Part shown: positions 63,244-64,000 of the stretch, in pieces | Layout of the letters: each line of letters begins with the position of its first letter | Position numbering within the stretch: position 1 is the first letter of the stretch | Source of the DNA: Eledone cirrhosa | Lineage: Eukaryota | Reading direction: 5' to 3' | Length of the DNA: 64,000 bases | NCBI GenBank assembly: GCA_964016885.1 | Contig: OZ024744.1 | Span: forward strand, 8,246,001 to 8,310,000 | The notes under the pieces: model-generated | What the model was told of the DNA's origin: nothing | The model's input: only the letters and a program-made list of their open reading frames with translations | Database searches by the model: none | Position numbers and translations under genes: made by a program

Positions 63244-63506
63244 GTATGTGTATGTATATATATATATATGTATATATATATATAGTATATTTTAGTATCG
63301 TGGGAGAGTAGCGGTTTAAAGGGATAAGCGATACATATAGTTAGTTGCCAAAAGCTGGTGCATGTATACTCAATACTTGTGCCTTTGTGCCTACAGCGTT
63401 AAATATCGGAAGCGTTAATATTTAGTGGGCGAGAATATAAGCAGAGCGGTTACAAATGAAAGGATTACAAAGGAGAATACATACTGTTAGAACATGTTTA
63501 ATCAAA

Positions 63507-63549
63507 AGCACCTACGTACGTTTCGCCCGAAAAGGGCTTCTCAAGGGCA
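63507..63549 (-). ncRNA. Identical hammerhead motif on the opposite strand
   Basis: Reverse complement of 63698-63740. Confidence 0.7.
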
Positions 63550-63697
63550 TACAAATCTAGAGAATGTTCGGTATAGAACCCAGAAGGGGTTTTAAGAAGA
63601 AAATCACATCGAAGTTCATTCATGATTCAAACAGACATGGTTGTTATTGTCACAGAGCAAGAGGGATAACTCTGACTGGTGTTTGAATAGATTTGTA

Positions 63698-63740
63698 TGC
63701 CCTTGAGAAGCCCTTTTCGGGCGAAACGTACGTAGGTGCT
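63698..63740 (+). ncRNA. Minimal type I hammerhead ribozyme motif (U3-A8 variant)
   Basis: TTGAGAA - GCCC TTTTC GGGC - GAA - ACGTACGT - A^GGTGC; palindromic stem III; short bulged stem I. Confidence 0.7.
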
Positions 63741-63803
63741 TTTGATTAAACATGTTCTAACAGTATGTATTCTCCTTTGTAATCATTTCATTTATATATA
63801 TAT

Positions 63804-64000
63804 ATCGACTCCTTTCTCTCCTTCTTCTGCTCCTTCCACCCCTCCCTCCACTTCACCACCTCTATCTCCACCACCCACGTCCACTTCTTAGACATCTCCA
63901 TCGCCATCGACCCCTCCCACCGCTCCCTCATCACCTCCGCCTTCTTCAAACCCACCTCCTCCCACTCCAACCTCGACCTCACATCCTCCCACCCTACACA
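63804..64000 (+). pseudogene. Penelope-like element RT C-terminal fragment (runs off the window)
   Basis: Hand translation IDSFLSFFCSFHPSLHFTTSISTTHVHFLDISIAID…LITSAFFKPTSSHSNLDLTSSPP fits the PLE pattern FHP.L.FT…FLD…TS..KPT..H.YL..S.HP. Confidence 0.75.

Larger units (their letters stand above)
63454..63793. repeat. ~106-bp inverted repeat (63454-63559 / 63688-63793), Penelope pLTR-like
   Basis: Arms are reverse complements with one mismatch; 128-bp spacer. Confidence 0.92.

Overview
Eukaryotic, repeat-only DNA with no recognisable host gene. The tRNA-headed SINE and the LINE mix suggest an octopod cephalopod (inference). Bases 1-17.6 kb are a 45-bp satellite with a ~5.8-6.1 kb higher-order duplication. 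Its monomer is the 5' head (A-box region) of a local SINE, and the array ends in an intact copy of that SINE. Bases 20.7-54.1 kb hold six decayed Tx1-clade LINEs plus fragments, chained head-to-tail with SINEs through (ATT)n tails, and a 3'-truncated Dong/R4 element. Bases 57-64 kb hold a near-intact RTE/BovB LINE with three C-terminal C2H2 fingers, a bipartite RTE derivative, and a Penelope-like fragment with inverted hammerhead-bearing repeats. Best leads: (i) an (ATT)n-targeting Tx1 LINE and a partner SINE sharing a 3' end, whose head seeded the satellite; (ii) a conserved AG|GTAAGT splice donor at the Tx1 ORF1/ORF2 junction; (iii) an A>G hypermutated SINE with ADAR-like context; (iv) 5'/3' pairing in the RTE. 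All alignments were done by eye and coordinates are approximate.
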